Virus record (IMG/VR): IMGVR_UViG_2563366944_000009
From: a virus
Lineage: Duplodnaviria; Heunggongvirae; Uroviricota; Caudoviricetes
Reading direction: 5' to 3' (one strand)
DNA length: 6,192 bases
In this document: one piece after another, positions 4,858 through 6,192 of the stretch
Layout: every line of letters begins with the position of its first letter
Position numbering within the stretch: the first letter of the stretch is position 1
Made by a program: the position numbers and the translations under genes
Notes under the pieces: generated by a model
What the model was told of the DNA's origin: nothing
The model's database searches: none
The model's input: only the letters and a program-made list of their open reading frames with translations

Positions 4858-6192
4858 ATGAAAATGAACGTAACCGCCACCGTCAGCCATGCGCTCGGCC
4901 ACTGGCCGCGTATTCTCCCGGCGCTGGGGATTCAGGTGCTGAAAAACCGTCATCAGCCCTGTCCGGTCTGTGGCGGGAGTGACCGCTTCCGTTTTGATGA
5001 CAGGGAGGGGCGCGGCACCTGGTACTGCAATCAGTGTGGTGCCGGTGACGGCCTGAAACTGGTTGGAAAGGTGTTTGGTGTCTCTCCGTCCGACGCGGCC
5101 GCAAAGGTGGCTGCCGTGACCGGCAGCCTGCCCCCGGCTGACCCGGCAGTGACGGCCGCCGCCGTTGCTGAAACAGACGCTGCCCGGAAGAACGCCGCCG
5201 CACTGGCACAAACCCTGATGGCAAAAACCCGTCCCGGAACCGGTAACGCCTACCTGACCCGCAAGGGCTTTCCCGGCCGGGAATGCCGGATGCTGACCGG
5301 CACACACAGAGCCGGTGGCGTGAGCTGGCGCGCCGGTGACCTTGTGGTGCCACTGTATGACGACAGCGGCGAACTGGTTAACCTTCAGTTAATCAGTGCT
5401 GACGGCCGTAAGCGCACCCTGAAAGGCGGACAGGTCAGGGGCACCTGTCACACCCTTGAAGGACAGAATCAGGCCGGAAAACGTCTGTGGATAGCGGAGG
5501 GATACGCGACCGCACTTACCGTGCATCACCTGACCGGTGAAACGGTGATGGTGGCGCTTTCTTCCGTGAACCTCCTTTCTCTGGCCAGCCTTGCCCGGCA
5601 GAAGCATCCGGCCTGTCAGATTGTCCTTGCCGCAGACCGTGACCTCAGCGGTGACGGCCAGAAAAAAGCCGCCGCAGCCGCAGATGCGTGTGAGGGCGTT
5701 GTTGCCCTGCCGCCGGTCTTCGGTGACTGGAATGATGCCTTCACGCAGTACGGCGGGGAGGCCACCCGTAAGGCCATTTACGATGCCATCCGGCCACCGG
5801 CTGAAAGCCCGTTCGACACCATGAGCGAAGCAGAGTTTTCCGCCATGAGTACCAGCGAAAAGGCCATGCGTATCTATGAGCATTACGGCGAGGCGCTCGC
5901 GGTCGATGCCAACGGCCAGCTTCTGTCCCGCTATGAAAATGGTGTCTGGAAGGTGCTGCCGCCACAGGACTTTGCCCGGGATGTGGCCGGGCTGTTTCAG
6001 CGTCTGCGCGCGCCGTTCTCCTCCGGGAAGGTGGCCTCCGTGGTGGACACCCTGAAACTGATTATTCCGCAGCAGGAAGCCCCCTCCCGCCGCCTGATTG
6101 GCTTTCGTAACGGCGTGCTCGACACGCAGAACGGCACGTTCCATCCGCACAGTCCGTCACACTGGATGCGCACCCTGTGCGATGTGGATTTC
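4858..6192 (+). CDS. alpha: P4 alpha-type primase/helicase replication protein, N-terminal 445 codons (3' end beyond the window)
   Basis: AAGGAG lies 9 nt before the ATG. I translated the frame by hand to the window edge and found no stop. It has an N-terminal zinc ribbon (CPVCGGSDRFRFDDREGRGTWYCNQCG) and a Toprim-type motif (RLWIAEGYATALT ... VLAADRDLSGDG). Absent from the track only because it has no in-window stop. Confidence 0.9.
   Translation, partial: MKMNVTATVSHALGHWPRILPALGIQVLKNRHQPCPVCGGSDRFRFDDREGRGTWYCNQCGAGDGLKLVGKVFGVSPSDAAAKVAAVTGSLPPADPAVTAAAVAETDAARKNAAALAQTLMAKTRPGTGNAYLTRKGFPGRECRMLTGTHRAGGVSWRAGDLVVPLYDDSGELVNLQLISADGRKRTLKGGQVRGTCHTLEGQNQAGKRLWIAEGYATALTVHHLTGETVMVALSSVNLLSLASLARQKHPACQIVLAADRDLSGDGQKKAAAAADACEGVVALPPVFGDWNDAFTQYGGEATRKAIYDAIRPPAESPFDTMSEAEFSAMSTSEKAMRIYEHYGEALAVDANGQLLSRYENGVWKVLPPQDFARDVAGLFQRLRAPFSSGKVASVVDTLKLIIPQQEAPSRRLIGFRNGVLDTQNGTFHPHSPSHWMRTLCDVDF

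Noticed and set aside
4626-4880. 84-aa minus-strand ORF
   Set aside because: Antisense to the 106-aa gene and the primase start, with no ribosome-binding site.
4816-6150. Minus-strand ORFs of 163, 156 and 253 aa (4816..5307, 4883..5353, 5389..6150)
   Set aside because: Antisense to the primase frame, which has a strong ribosome-binding site and conserved zinc-ribbon and Toprim motifs; their Gly/Arg/Ala-rich translations are typical shadow frames.
82-6192. A complete anti-phage defence system (restriction, abortive infection, toxin-antitoxin, retron and so on) inside the window
   Set aside because: Every ORF of meaningful size is accounted for by satellite-phage core functions or small early genes; no nuclease, ATPase, methyltransferase or reverse-transcriptase-sized gene is present. 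Any such system would be left of the IS1, outside the window.

Overview
The window reads as the core of a P4-type satellite phage (phage-parasite) prophage, interrupted at its left edge by an IS1 copy. Left to right: the last 81 bp of IS1 (InsB C-terminus plus terminal inverted repeat); a cos region carrying the reverse complement of the 19-nt P2/P4 cohesive end; the late operon on the minus strand, sid (244 aa) - delta (166 aa, tandem Ogr-type zinc fingers) - psu (190 aa); a divergent control region with two TGT-N12-ACA dyads and six TGTTCACC iterons next to an AT-rich tract (ori-like); then on the plus strand vis/AlpA (88 aa), a non-coding stretch of about 400 bp with antisense-immunity architecture, an Icd-like gene (65 aa), three small ORFs of unknown function (95, 151 and 106 aa), and the 5' 445 codons of the alpha-type primase running off the window. 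The supplied ORF track misses the primase because it has no stop inside the window, and most other listed ORFs are shadow frames. I see no defence system inside this window; the known P4 cargo hotspot (between psu/cos and int) would begin left of the IS1. The least characterised content is the small early ORFs and the immunity RNA region. All identifications are from reading the sequence and recalled family features; no database search was run.
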